In this document: in pieces, positions 31,148 to 41,384 of the stretch
Layout of the letters: the number at the start of each line of letters is the position of its first letter
Numbering within the stretch: position 1 is the stretch's first letter
From: Cyanobacteria bacterium J06626_4
Lineage (GTDB): Bacteria > Cyanobacteriota > Cyanobacteriia > Phormidesmidales > Phormidesmidaceae
Length of the DNA stretch: 52,856 bases
Assembly: GCA_038523235.1 (NCBI GenBank)
Contig: JBCBJQ010000032.1
Span: 1-52,856, forward strand
Direction: 5' to 3'
Notes under the pieces: generated by a model
What the model was told of the DNA's origin: nothing
Database searches by the model: none
Seen by the model: only the letters and a program-made list of their open reading frames with translations
Translations under genes and position numbers: made by a program

Positions 31148-32101
31148 TCAGCCTGGACTGATGACCCGCACTGTCGCTTGCCCCAGATAGGGCACATGGT
31201 CGCGTAGTTGACCTTCTGCCGCTTCAGCGATCGCCTGACCCGCTTGAATGGTGAGATCGCCCGCAACTACAATATCGATCTCAGCTTGTAGTCGATGGCC
31301 TAGCCAGCGCGCTCGAATGCTGGCCACCGATTCGATTTCGGTAGTATGTTCTACCGCGTGACGCAGCGTGTCGATAACTGCCGGTTCGACGCCATCGAGC
31401 AGGCGCGTAAAAATGGTTTGCCCCGACTCCCAGACAATTTTGAGCAGTAGCGCCGTAATCACCAGACCGATCACCGGATCTGCCCAGGCATAGCCCCAAG
31501 CCACCCCGATCGCACTGATCAACACCGCCAAACTCACCCAGCCGTCAGCCATCGCATGTTTGCCATCGGCGATCAAAGCCGCGCTGTTGATCTCTTGCCC
31601 CACCTTGATGCGAAACAGGGCCACCAGTTCATTCCCCACAAAGCCGATCAGGGCCGCGATCGCCAAAGCGCCCAAATGATCAATCGGCTGGGGATGGTAA
31701 AAGCGCTCGATTGACTCATAGGCGGTCACCAGCGCACTGAACAGTACCACACCCACCACGGCTACTCCGGCCAAGTCTTCTAACCGTCCGTAGCCATAGG
31801 CAAAGCGCGCCGTGGCTGGTCGTCGCCCCACGATAAATGCCACCCCCAATGGCAACGCCGTCAGGGCATCGCCCACGTTATGAATTAGATCAGCCAGCAG
31901 CGCCACACTTCCCGAGAGGCTAAATACGATCGCCTGCAGCACTGAGGTGATCAACAGGCCCACTAAAGACCACTGCACCGCCCACAGGCCGCGAGCCGAC
32001 GTAGCGATGGTGGGATCAATCGCCCCATGAGTATGGCTGTGACCGTCATGATCATGACTGTGAGCATGAGACGTGGGGGATAAATCAGACAGCTGGGCCA
32101 T
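31148..32101 (-). CDS. Cation diffusion facilitator family transporter
   Basis: His-rich N-terminus, SVALLADLIHNVGD, YGYGRLEDL, SAALIADGKHAMAD and WADP. Confidence 0.93.
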   Translation of the reverse strand: MAQLSDLSPTSHAHSHDHDGHSHTHGAIDPTIATSARGLWAVQWSLVGLLITSVLQAIVFSLSGSVALLADLIHNVGDALTALPLGVAFIVGRRPATARFAYGYGRLEDLAGVAVVGVVLFSALVTAYESIERFYHPQPIDHLGALAIAALIGFVGNELVALFRIKVGQEINSAALIADGKHAMADGWVSLAVLISAIGVAWGYAWADPVIGLVITALLLKIVWESGQTIFTRLLDGVEPAVIDTLRHAVEHTTEIESVASIRARWLGHRLQAEIDIVVAGDLTIQAGQAIAEAAEGQLRDHVPYLGQATVRVISPG

Positions 32102-32407
32102 GGCAGTAAACAATTAAAACGACGATGACAGAGCAATGCTTGAAATATCAGCGAAAACCTGCTCTTGTCAATGCCTCACGTCGATCACGAGTAAGCACAG
32201 ACCGAGCGGCTTGAGGTCAGTCTACGATAACTGCGCGGTCAAGTGATGCGCGCGCGTTGGTTCTCTCGTGGCTGAGACAGTTGACTGGTCGCCGCCTAAA
32301 GTCTCGTAAACAGCCTCAATATCTGACCGAGCGCCATCCTTTAGAATGGCTGTAGTTGCGCCTGCAGCGGCTGACCCAGCTTTGCCCCAGTAAAACCTGA
32401 CGGTGTT

Positions 32408-33007
32408 ATGACCTCAACGGTTTCCCCCACTACATCACTGACTTTCGAAGCTTATCTGGCCTATGACGACGGTACGGACAACCGCTATGAGCTGGTGGAT
32501 GGAGCATTAGTCGCGATGCCGCCAGAATCTCCCGAAAATCTCAACCTGGCTCGCTTCTTAATGATTCAGCTACTGCAGCATCTACCGCTGCAACATGTGG
32601 CCTACAACACTGAAGTTGAAGTGATGGGACGTGGAGCTCGCTGCCGTGTGCCCGATTTGCTCATCCATTCAGAAGAGTCGCTTGCGGCTCTATCTGGGGC
32701 AACCCGCGCCACCCTAACTCGTGAGATGCCGCCGCCCTTGCTGGTGGTTGAGGTGGTGAGTTCGGGGGAAGCCAATCGTAACCGCGACTATCGCTACAAA
32801 CATACAGAGTATGCGGCGCGGGCGATCGCAGAATACTGGATTGTCGATCCGCAACTACGCCAGGTCACAGTTTGTCAGTGGGTCGAAGGTCAGTACGAAG
32901 ATACCGTATTCACGGGAGCTGATCCCCTGCGCTCGGCGATCGTGCCGGCTCTAGAAATCACCATTGATCAGCTGTTCGCGCTGGATCAGCTGTTAGCCAA
33001 TCCTTGA
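32408..33007 (+). CDS. Uma2 family endonuclease
   Basis: RYELVDG, RVPDL, LVVEVVS, RDYRYK and IAEYWIVDP. Confidence 0.93.
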   Translation: MTSTVSPTTSLTFEAYLAYDDGTDNRYELVDGALVAMPPESPENLNLARFLMIQLLQHLPLQHVAYNTEVEVMGRGARCRVPDLLIHSEESLAALSGATRATLTREMPPPLLVVEVVSSGEANRNRDYRYKHTEYAARAIAEYWIVDPQLRQVTVCQWVEGQYEDTVFTGADPLRSAIVPALEITIDQLFALDQLLANP

Positions 33008-33050
33008 AGAATCGATCTAAAGGTTCGGTTACTGCCCTGTGATGGCGACT

Positions 33051-34115
33051 CTATAGCCCAGACGATCGCACGGTATAAGTAATTTCTTCAATGGGTAAAT
33101 CGCGACTGTCCCAATCGCCATAGCGCAGTTGCAGTCGCCGTTCTCCGGCATAATCAACCAGCTGGCCACCATACTTTTTGGCTTCAGTGCCCAAGCTTTG
33201 AATCCGCACCTTGCCATTAAAAACCGTGGCCCGAGCGAGATAAATCACTAGATCATCGCGAGAAGGTCGATTGACGGTAGTGCTGGCGGTAAGGTGGGCT
33301 AAGCCGCGCTCATCTAATTCATGGGACAGCGCCATTGCCGTATTGCGAATGCCACGAATGGCCACGACGCTGGCCGCAACGGCCATGGTGATATCAACAC
33401 CGTCGTCCGTCAAAATCTGCTGGCTCGACAAAAACTGAAAGTTCCGTTCACCCAAGTCGCTACGAATGCGGCGGTGAATCAGATTCTCAGGATGGTAAGC
33501 CTTCAGCGCACCAACGATTGCCCCACAGGCATCGCGGGGCTCGCGCCAGGGTGATTCACGGGTTTTGCCGTAGACCTGCTTGCCGTTTTCGCGCAGGCGT
33601 CCCACATGGGTTTTGAGGTCAATCGCCACCAACGAAATCGATTGGGCATTGCCTTCATAGACGCGGCGTTTGAGGGCTTCATCCAACTCGTGGGCAACAG
33701 TGACGTGGGCCAGGGTCGCCCCATTATCGGTACCACCTCCCGCCGGAAAAAAAGCCTCTAGCTTTAGTTCGCCAATCTCTGACAGAGTGGCAAACCGCGA
33801 AGCCACAACGTCGCGATAGCGCTTGGTCGCTTCGCCCTGGTGAATGCGATCGCCGCAGTTGGTGTAGGCCAGGGTCGTGACTACGCTGGGCAGGCTCATG
33901 TCAGCACCACAGGCTTTGACATCGGTCTGGCTCGCGGCCGCAAATTGCAGCTCATCTCGCAGCAATTGCAAACCATTAATTAACGCGTAGCGATCGCTAA
34001 CAATCTCATTCAGATAATTGTGATAAGCATTGCGTTCCATGCCAAAACTCGCCCCCAACTGCCAAAAGCGTTCGAGGCGTCGTTCGGTGGGAGCTGACTC
34101 AAAGGGTGTCGTCAT
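33051..34115 (-). CDS. Hypothetical protein with LCIB/beta-carbonic-anhydrase-like Cys/His/Cys pattern
   Basis: Intact 354-aa ORF with NCGDR, FPAGGG, THVG and ACGAI motifs. The function is inferred only. Confidence 0.75.
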   Translation of the reverse strand: MTTPFESAPTERRLERFWQLGASFGMERNAYHNYLNEIVSDRYALINGLQLLRDELQFAAASQTDVKACGADMSLPSVVTTLAYTNCGDRIHQGEATKRYRDVVASRFATLSEIGELKLEAFFPAGGGTDNGATLAHVTVAHELDEALKRRVYEGNAQSISLVAIDLKTHVGRLRENGKQVYGKTRESPWREPRDACGAIVGALKAYHPENLIHRRIRSDLGERNFQFLSSQQILTDDGVDITMAVAASVVAIRGIRNTAMALSHELDERGLAHLTASTTVNRPSRDDLVIYLARATVFNGKVRIQSLGTEAKKYGGQLVDYAGERRLQLRYGDWDSRDLPIEEITYTVRSSGL

Positions 34116-34386
34116 GACATCAAACCCTTCTGGTGAGAGGACGCGCTTTTATCATGCCACTCCAGCCGGATCGTAGCTGACCAATGAAACGAAGTCGAAA
34201 TTTTCTCGCCAGGCACACCAACTACGTCGACTTTTAAATACCTTTTTTAAATACCTTGGTTGTGGCCCTCGCCTCGCGGAGCCTGGGGCTCATCCTCGGC
34301 TAATTGAGCAGGCTAATTAGCTCGCCTTCTACCGCCGTTCGACGGTATACTCCGAGGCGACGATTCGGGATGGCAGGAGAGAATTC

Positions 34387-35778
34387 ATGGCAGCATCTCA
34401 GTTGGCGGTAGTGGTGCTGGCAGCCGGCAAAGGCACGCGGATGAAGTCAGCATTGCCCAAGGTGTTGCATCCGCTCGGCGGGCGATCGCTGGTGGAATGT
34501 GTGCTCGATAGTCTCAGCGAGGTGAATCCCCTGCGGCGACTGGTCGTCGTCGGCTACGAAGCGGATCAGGTCAGAACGGCCCTCAGTCATCTTGAAGACG
34601 TCACCTTTGTCGAGCAAACTGAGCAGTTGGGTACCGGCCATGCGGTGCAGCAGGTATTGCCCTCACTCACAGATTTCGACGGCGATGTGCTGGTGTTGAA
34701 TGGCGATGTACCGCTGCTGCGTCCCGCCACCCTACGGCACATGATTGAGGTTCATCAGTCTCGGCAAAACGAAGCGACACTGTTGACTGCGCAGTTTCTC
34801 GATCCCACTGGCTATGGGCGCGTATTTTGCAACGATGACGACGTCGTGACGGAAATCATCGAGCACCGCGATTGCACCGAAGCCCAGCGCCAAAACCGGC
34901 GCATCAACGCCGGAGTATATTGCTTTAAGTGGTCGGCCCTGTCGCAGATTTTGCCTCACCTCAAAGCCGACAACGATCAACAAGAGTATTACCTCACCGA
35001 CGTAGTCAAGGATCTCTCGCCGGTGCGAGCAGTCGACGTCGACGATGGGCAAGAGATTCAAGGCATCAACAATCGCAAGCAACTGTCTGAGGCCTACAGC
35101 ATCTTGCAAGACCGCATCAAAGATGAGTGGATGGCGGCTGGCGTCACCTTCCTAGAGCCTGATACCACCACTGTCGATGTCACGGTTCATATTGCGCCCG
35201 ATGTCATCATCGAGCCGCAAACTCACCTGCGTGGCCAAACCGTGATCGGTACTGGTAGCCGCGTTGGCCCTGGCAGCCTGATTGAGAATACGGTGATTGG
35301 CCGCGACGCGACGATCCTCTATTCCACCTTGTCAGACAGTCAGGTGGGCGATGGGGTGCGAGTGGGGCCTTATGCCCACCTGCGCGGACAGGCGGTTGTC
35401 GGCGATCGCTGTCGCATTGGCAACTTTGTGGAAATCAAGAAATCAACACTGGGCGATCGCGTCAACGTAGCTCACCTCTCCTATCTCGGGGATGCTACCC
35501 TGGGCAATCAGGTCAACGTCGGTGCAGGTACCATTACCGCCAACTATGACGGCGTCAAAAAACATCCCACAGTGATCGGCGATCGCACCAAAACTGGCTC
35601 GAACAGTGTTTTGGTGGCCCCTGTTACCCTGGGCGCTGACGTCACCGTCGCTGCTGGCTCCGTAGTTACCAAAGATGTAGACGATGACTGCCTCGTCGTC
35701 GCCCGCGCCAAACAAAATACCCGATCTGGTTGGCGATCGAAACGATACGCTCCTCAGGACCATACGGGTCAGGCTTAA
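34387..35778 (+). CDS. glmU: Bifunctional UDP-GlcNAc pyrophosphorylase / glucosamine-1-P N-acetyltransferase
   Basis: [41 protein letters not shown] and [11 protein letters not shown]. Confidence 0.97.
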   Translation: MAASQLAVVVLAAGKGTRMKSALPKVLHPLGGRSLVECVLDSLSEVNPLRRLVVVGYEADQVRTALSHLEDVTFVEQTEQLGTGHAVQQVLPSLTDFDGDVLVLNGDVPLLRPATLRHMIEVHQSRQNEATLLTAQFLDPTGYGRVFCNDDDVVTEIIEHRDCTEAQRQNRRINAGVYCFKWSALSQILPHLKADNDQQEYYLTDVVKDLSPVRAVDVDDGQEIQGINNRKQLSEAYSILQDRIKDEWMAAGVTFLEPDTTTVDVTVHIAPDVIIEPQTHLRGQTVIGTGSRVGPGSLIENTVIGRDATILYSTLSDSQVGDGVRVGPYAHLRGQAVVGDRCRIGNFVEIKKSTLGDRVNVAHLSYLGDATLGNQVNVGAGTITANYDGVKKHPTVIGDRTKTGSNSVLVAPVTLGADVTVAAGSVVTKDVDDDCLVVARAKQNTRSGWRSKRYAPQDHTGQA

Positions 35779-35788
35779 CTCAATCCCT

Positions 35789-35860
35789 GTACGGGCGAGG
35801 CACGCTCGCAGTATCGTACTGGTGATTTCCAAAACATAATATCGAGCGTGCCTCGCCCCT
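35789..35860. repeat. REP-like inverted repeat (GTAG/GTAC-headed type)
   Basis: GTAC followed by GGGCGAGGCACGCTCG (35793-808), with its perfect 16-bp complement CGAGCGTGCCTCGCCC at 35843-58. Confidence 0.7.
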
Positions 35861-35894
35861 CTATTCCTGCGCCCCCTCTCCCCTTCTTCCTCTT

Positions 35895-36554
35895 ATGCTC
35901 CAGGCCGTATTATTCGACCTTGATGGCACCCTGGCCAACACCGACCCCATCCACCTCGAAGTTTGGCGAGAAATTCTCGAACCCCACGGCTACAGCGTTG
36001 ACGAAGCTTTTTTTAAGCAAAAAATTAGCGGTCGCCTCAACCAGCACCTGACCAAGGAACTGCTGCCGCAGCTGTCTCCGGAGGAAGGTGAAAAACTGGG
36101 AATTGATAAAGAAGCCTGGTTTCGTGAGTTAGCGGCGGACCAACTTACCCGCATGCCCGGATTCGATGAACTCTACGACTGGATCAAAGGTCAAGGCTTG
36201 AAAACCGCCGTAGTCACCAACGCCCCTCGCGCCAATGCCGAGTTTGTGCTGCAAGTTCTAGCGCTAGAAACCGCCTTCGACTTTGTGTTGATTGCCGGTG
36301 ATCTACCCCGCAGCAAGCCCGATCCTCTGCCTTACCAAACCGCGTTAGAGCGATTTGGCATCCTCGCCGAGGCGGCGATCGTCTTCGAAGATTCACACAC
36401 CGGCATTCAATCTGCTGTTGCTGCGCAAATTCCCACTGTTGGCGTGGCTTCGACTCATGAGCCAGATGTACTTTACGGTTACGGCGCCAGCCTCGTGATT
36501 GATCAGTTTGCCGACGAGCGACTGCAAAAATTTGGTCTGCTGCAGCCTCGTTAA
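35895..36554 (+). CDS. HAD-IA family hydrolase
   Basis: FDLDGTL, VTNA, KPDPLPY and VFEDS. Confidence 0.93.
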   Translation: MLQAVLFDLDGTLANTDPIHLEVWREILEPHGYSVDEAFFKQKISGRLNQHLTKELLPQLSPEEGEKLGIDKEAWFRELAADQLTRMPGFDELYDWIKGQGLKTAVVTNAPRANAEFVLQVLALETAFDFVLIAGDLPRSKPDPLPYQTALERFGILAEAAIVFEDSHTGIQSAVAAQIPTVGVASTHEPDVLYGYGASLVIDQFADERLQKFGLLQPR

Positions 36555-36570
36555 AATCGATTCCCATTAC

Positions 36571-36673
36571 TATGGCGGGCCGCAGTCAGGTCTGGACCCT
36601 TTCAATCGCCGGAGCGCTTGTAGCAAGCCCCTTCCCGGCACCTTGAATCCGGCACCTTTCGACCCTCTGCTAT
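36571..36673 (+). mobile_element. MITE family A, copy 3
   Basis: TATGGCGGGCCGCAGTCAGG...CCCGGCACCTTGAATCCGGCACCTTTCGACCCTCTGCTAT, collinear with copies 1 and 2. Confidence 0.75.
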
Positions 36674-36775
36674 GAAGCAATGTTGCCTCGGCCGCCTGCC
36701 AGTTAGAGAGACTGGTGGCTGAGTTAGAGATATTTGAACCACTGAGGTGTGATTAGCGAGTGAAAGCTTTTGTCC

Positions 36776-37429
36776 TTAAGGCGTATCTAGCGCTGATTGC
36801 TTGGCCCCACTGCCAGGCGTCAAAAGTTTCTTGAGCAGCAAACGTGACGGCTGAAGATTGAGCAGAGATAACAGCGAGGGTTCGATGCGATGAACCTGAT
36901 ATCCCATGTTTTGGTAAAGCAACCTGGCCCGATTATTGTCAGCCATGACATGCAGGTAGAGTTCTCGAAAGCCCCAATCGAGAGACCGCTGCTCTGCTGT
37001 TTTGAGGAGTTGGCGGGCTACCCCTTGACGACGATACCCAGCTTGCACTGCTAGGTTTGATAGATAAACCTGCCGAGGCCGATTGAACCGCCATAGCTCT
37101 GGTTGACGACAGGCCAGCTCAATGGTGCCAACAACCCGACTATCTTGATGGTTAGGCGCGATCGCGGTCAAACACTGATAGTGCTTGTAGTTAGCCTGCA
37201 AGCGTTGCTTAAGATCTTCGTGAATGCTCAAGCGAAACAAAGGATAAAGCCAACGTTGCCACCCCAAAGGGGGGTAAAAGCTGGCCGCTAGCACATCAGT
37301 CACCTGTGGCAGGTCAGCTAGCCGGGCTGGCCGCACATGACATGAAATAGATTCAAACTCAACGGATATGGACACTGGAACCCAAATTACTAGAGGGGCC
37401 AACGTGTTTGTCACGAAGGGAATGGGCAC
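36776..37429 (-). CDS. GNAT family N-acetyltransferase
   Basis: VVGTIEL, YLSNLAVQAGYRRQGVARQLL and LHVMADNNRARLLYQNMGY. The true start is probably downstream, at about 37375. Confidence 0.88.
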   Translation of the reverse strand: MPIPFVTNTLAPLVIWVPVSISVEFESISCHVRPARLADLPQVTDVLAASFYPPLGWQRWLYPLFRLSIHEDLKQRLQANYKHYQCLTAIAPNHQDSRVVGTIELACRQPELWRFNRPRQVYLSNLAVQAGYRRQGVARQLLKTAEQRSLDWGFRELYLHVMADNNRARLLYQNMGYQVHRIEPSLLSLLNLQPSRLLLKKLLTPGSGAKQSALDTP

Positions 37430-37915
37430 TATTGGAACGTACTCGTCCTACTTAACGGGCACAATGATCAGTGTAACCTTCTTGTCGAAATATTTTGACT
37501 AGCAAGACTGCGAGTTGGGGGACTTTGGGCGGCTACATCAGCTCTAAGCTCAATAGGCAAAGCCCTGAATCAGGATATATGCCCTGAACACGGTGCCGCT
37601 GGTCGCTGAGCGATCGCTCTCCCCTCAGTGCGATATCTGCCTCCGGTCAAGATGACCCTGGCGATTGCCTGAGACCGAGCTGGATGAAAATCCAAGATTT
37701 TTCCCTCTGGATTTTCCCCTTGATCATGGGTAGCCATCACAATGGTAGGAAGGTGATGCTGTTCTCGCATTTACCGGCTTGATCGGTTGTGAAAAGCAGT
37801 AAAGTGCATAAGCAAGTGGTTTTGACCATCGTGAAAACCTGGCGGTAACCGTCGAATTGATCAGGGATTGCAGTACGACACATAGGGTCAAATATCTTTT
37901 ATTGGGTATTTAGGG

Positions 37916-40900
37916 TTGTCTAGAACGCAGCGTCAAGAAAAAGCTCACAAGCCAAAGTTGCTGGTCGTGGATGACGAACCAGACAACCTTGATTTGCTGT
38001 ATCGAACGTTTTACAAGCAATTTAAGGTGTTACGGGCAGAAAGCGGGCATGCGGCTTTGGGGGTTTTAGAAACCCACCCTGACATCGCCGTGATCATTTC
38101 TGATCAGCGGATGCCGGGCATGAGCGGGACGGAGTTTTTGCGTCAGACAGCGGTGCAACATCCCAATATCATGCGCATCATTTTGACCGGTTATACCGAC
38201 GTCGAAGATTTGGTAGGGGCAATCAATCAGGGCAAAGTTTTTAAGTATGTGACGAAGCCTTGGGAAGCTGACGATCTCAAAATGGTCGTCACCCAAGCGC
38301 TAGAAGCCCATCAGATTCTGCGATCGCGTACGGAAGAACTGCAGCGGGTTTTGCAGCAAGAGACCTTGCTCAATACGATTACCAACACGATTCGGGGAGC
38401 GGCCACTGCCCAAGCCATGATGCAGACGATCGCCGAAACCGTGGGGGTCTACGCGGGGGCCGATGTGTGCTTGCTGCAGCCGGTTGCCGATACCGCAACC
38501 GCCGTGAAGCCCACGGTATATCGCGCGGCGGAATCAGCGGTATCCGCTGAAACGCTATCACAGTGGCAGTCGCATCTAGTCTGGGGCGTCACTGAGGTGA
38601 CGGTGGTTACCCCTGATGACTTAGCCGCCTGGCCAGACCGGTCAGCAACCCTCACGGCCTGTACCGCCCTGAATATTCAATCATCGCTGCTGGTACCACT
38701 GATCAGTCAGCAAACCACCTTGGCGGTCTTAGTCCTGCATCATTGTGATGAAGAGAGAGACTGGCAGGCAAGCGAAAAGCAACTGTTAAAAACGGTTGCC
38801 GATCAGGCTGTTCTGGCGCTTTCGCAAGCCATTTCCCATGAGCAAGTGCAGGCCTTAGCGCGCCGCGAGCAGCTGCTAAATGCAGTCACACAAGCAATTC
38901 GGTCGAGTTTAGAGCCGCAGTCAATCTTTGCGGCGATCACCCGTGAATTGGGTCAGGTGCTGGAGGTCGATAGTTGTGTCTTGTCATTGTGGACGGCCCA
39001 AGATGACTATATGCAGTGTGTCGGGCTTTATGAACGTCATGTTGTAGCCGACCAGGTGGTGGCCAAATCTGACGAACTAGACCTCAACGCGCTACCCCGC
39101 TCCGATACGCCGATTCGTCGCAACCCCGTGTTGCAAGAGTTATTGGTGACTCAGCAGCCCATCACCATCAATGATCTTAACCATCACCCGGAGATGAGCA
39201 TTCAAGATCACGCTCGCTCTGGGGCGCGATCGCTCTTAGTGGTGCCGCTCATTGCCGAAGGCAAAATCATTGGCAGTATTTCTCTGCGGCATATCTATCA
39301 GCCGCATTTATGGAGCCAGGATGAGGTGACGCTGGCTCAAGCGGTAGCCGTACAGGCGGCGATCGCGGTGCAGCAGTCTCGTCTTTATCAAAAGACCCGC
39401 GAGCAAACCGAGCAGCTCATGCAGCTTGATCGCCAAAAAACCGAATTCTTTCAAAACATTTCCCACGAGTTTCGCACCCCGCTAACGCTGACGCTTGGCC
39501 CCTTAGAAGCCGCCGTCGACCAGGGTGAGGGCTTAAATTACGAACAGTCGGAGGTCGCTCTGCGCAACGCTCGTCGCCTGTTGCGTTTAGTTAATCAACT
39601 GCTAGATTTGCAGCGCCTCGATGCCGGACGGATGCAGCCCACATTTCGGCCAGTCAAACCCGAAGCGTTTGTCGATGACATCGTCACGGCTTTTCGTCCC
39701 TATTGCGATCGCAAAGGGTTGAGCTTGGTTTCACAGCTCAACCCTTGCCCCACTCTCTTTCTTGATCTCGAAAAATTTGACAAGGTACTTTATAACCTGC
39801 TCTCTAATGCGGTGAAGTTTACGCCAGAAGGCGGCACCATCACCGTCACCCTAACCCCTCAAGATGAGCAGTGCGTGCTGACTGTCGCTGACACCGGCCA
39901 GGGCATTCGCGAAGATCAGCTACCTCATTTATTTGAGCGCTTTCGCCAGGCAGACGGCTCGGCCAATCGTCGCCATGAAGGTACTGGCTTGGGCCTGTCT
40001 TTGGTGCAAGAGCTGGTGTCACTGCACCATGGCCAGATTGCCGTGGAATCGGTCTATGGCAGTGGTACGACCTTTCGGGTTGGGTTGCCGGTCGGCCGCC
40101 AACACCTGCCCGACGAGCAAGTAGTTGACCATTCGGTTCGCGCCGAGCCGAGCCGAGCCACCATTGAGCTGGCAGACATCTTCACCCCGATGGATGCTCA
40201 ACCTGCATTGGTCGCAAAGTCGTCTCAAAGCCTAGAGACAACTGATGCAACTGCTTCTCACATCTTGGTAGTGGATGATAATAGCGATCTGCGGGCCTAT
40301 ATTTCTAGTGTGTTGCAGCGGCAGGGCTATCAAGTGCGGACGGCTCATAATGGCGCCATGGCCCTCGAGATGATCGCGACTGAGCAACCGCATCTGATCT
40401 TAACTGACCTAATGATGCCGGGGATGTCGGGGCTAGAACTTTTGCAAGAGATCCGCCAGGATGAGCGGTTGAGTAGCACTCCCGTGATTTTGTTGACGGC
40501 AAAGGTGGATGATGAAACGCGCATCGAAGGGGTAGAGCAAGGTGCCGATGCCTACCTCGGTAAACCCTTTAACGATCGCGAGCTGTTGGCTGAGGTGCGC
40601 AACCTGTTGGCCTTAAAAATGAATGAGCAAAAGGTTAAAGATCTCAACCAGTATTTAACCGAATCGGTCTTGCGCCGATTTTTGCCAGAGTCGCTGGTCA
40701 GCAAGGCAGCGGCGGGTGATTTGCAACTGGCCCTGCAGCCTGAACCTCGTTTAATCACTGTTTTGTTCAGCGACATTGTCGGCTTTACGCCGTTGTCTGA
40801 TCAGCTCGGAGCCCGTCGCTTAGCGCAGCTGCTGAACGAATATTTAAACGCCATGACCGAGGCTATCTTTGCCAATGGCGGCACCGTCGACAAATTCATG

Positions 40901-41299
40901 GGGGATGGCGTGTTGGCCCTATTTGGTGCGCCTGAAGATCTGCCGCCGGTAGAGCAGGCTAAACGAGCGATCGCGGCCGTCCATCAAATGCACGACACCC
41001 TGACGCAGCTCAATCAAAAATGGCAGCTACAAGACATTCCCGAAATTCGAGTGCGCTATGGCATTCACCAAGGTGATGCCGTTGTGGGCATGTTTGGTGG
41101 AGAGGTGCGGGCTGACTACACCGCGATCGGCCCCTGTGTTAACATCGCCTCTCGCTTGCAAGAGGTTGCTGACCCCAACGGCGTTTTAGTGTCGTGGACG
41201 CTGGCGCAGCATTTATCCCCTGACACCCTTTTAGACAGTCGTTTGGTGAAGCTGCGTGGCCTTGCCACCCCTTTAAAAGTCTGCAGCATCACGCTTTGA
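37916..41299 (+). CDS. cyaC: CyaC-type hybrid sensor kinase/adenylate cyclase (REC-GAF-GAF-HisKA-HATPase-REC-cyclase)
   Basis: VVDDEPDNL, two GAF domains, SHEFRTPL, GTGLGL, a second REC (LTDLMMP), and class III cyclase motifs FSDIVGFT, DKFMGDG and YTAIGPCVNIASRL. Confidence 0.9.
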   Translation: MSRTQRQEKAHKPKLLVVDDEPDNLDLLYRTFYKQFKVLRAESGHAALGVLETHPDIAVIISDQRMPGMSGTEFLRQTAVQHPNIMRIILTGYTDVEDLVGAINQGKVFKYVTKPWEADDLKMVVTQALEAHQILRSRTEELQRVLQQETLLNTITNTIRGAATAQAMMQTIAETVGVYAGADVCLLQPVADTATAVKPTVYRAAESAVSAETLSQWQSHLVWGVTEVTVVTPDDLAAWPDRSATLTACTALNIQSSLLVPLISQQTTLAVLVLHHCDEERDWQASEKQLLKTVADQAVLALSQAISHEQVQALARREQLLNAVTQAIRSSLEPQSIFAAITRELGQVLEVDSCVLSLWTAQDDYMQCVGLYERHVVADQVVAKSDELDLNALPRSDTPIRRNPVLQELLVTQQPITINDLNHHPEMSIQDHARSGARSLLVVPLIAEGKIIGSISLRHIYQPHLWSQDEVTLAQAVAVQAAIAVQQSRLYQKTREQTEQLMQLDRQKTEFFQNISHEFRTPLTLTLGPLEAAVDQGEGLNYEQSEVALRNARRLLRLVNQLLDLQRLDAGRMQPTFRPVKPEAFVDDIVTAFRPYCDRKGLSLVSQLNPCPTLFLDLEKFDKVLYNLLSNAVKFTPEGGTITVTLTPQDEQCVLTVADTGQGIREDQLPHLFERFRQADGSANRRHEGTGLGLSLVQELVSLHHGQIAVESVYGSGTTFRVGLPVGRQHLPDEQVVDHSVRAEPSRATIELADIFTPMDAQPALVAKSSQSLETTDATASHILVVDDNSDLRAYISSVLQRQGYQVRTAHNGAMALEMIATEQPHLILTDLMMPGMSGLELLQEIRQDERLSSTPVILLTAKVDDETRIEGVEQGADAYLGKPFNDRELLAEVRNLLALKMNEQKVKDLNQYLTESVLRRFLPESLVSKAAAGDLQLALQPEPRLITVLFSDIVGFTPLSDQLGARRLAQLLNEYLNAMTEAIFANGGTVDKFMGDGVLALFGAPEDLPPVEQAKRAIAAVHQMHDTLTQLNQKWQLQDIPEIRVRYGIHQGDAVVGMFGGEVRADYTAIGPCVNIASRLQEVADPNGVLVSWTLAQHLSPDTLLDSRLVKLRGLATPLKVCSITL

Positions 41300-41384
41300 A
41301 GTCGCTTTAAGCCTGACTAGCTGACGTTGGCGGCTTTTGACTCAACGCTAGACTGATGAGGGAATTAAGTGTTAGGCATCATAC

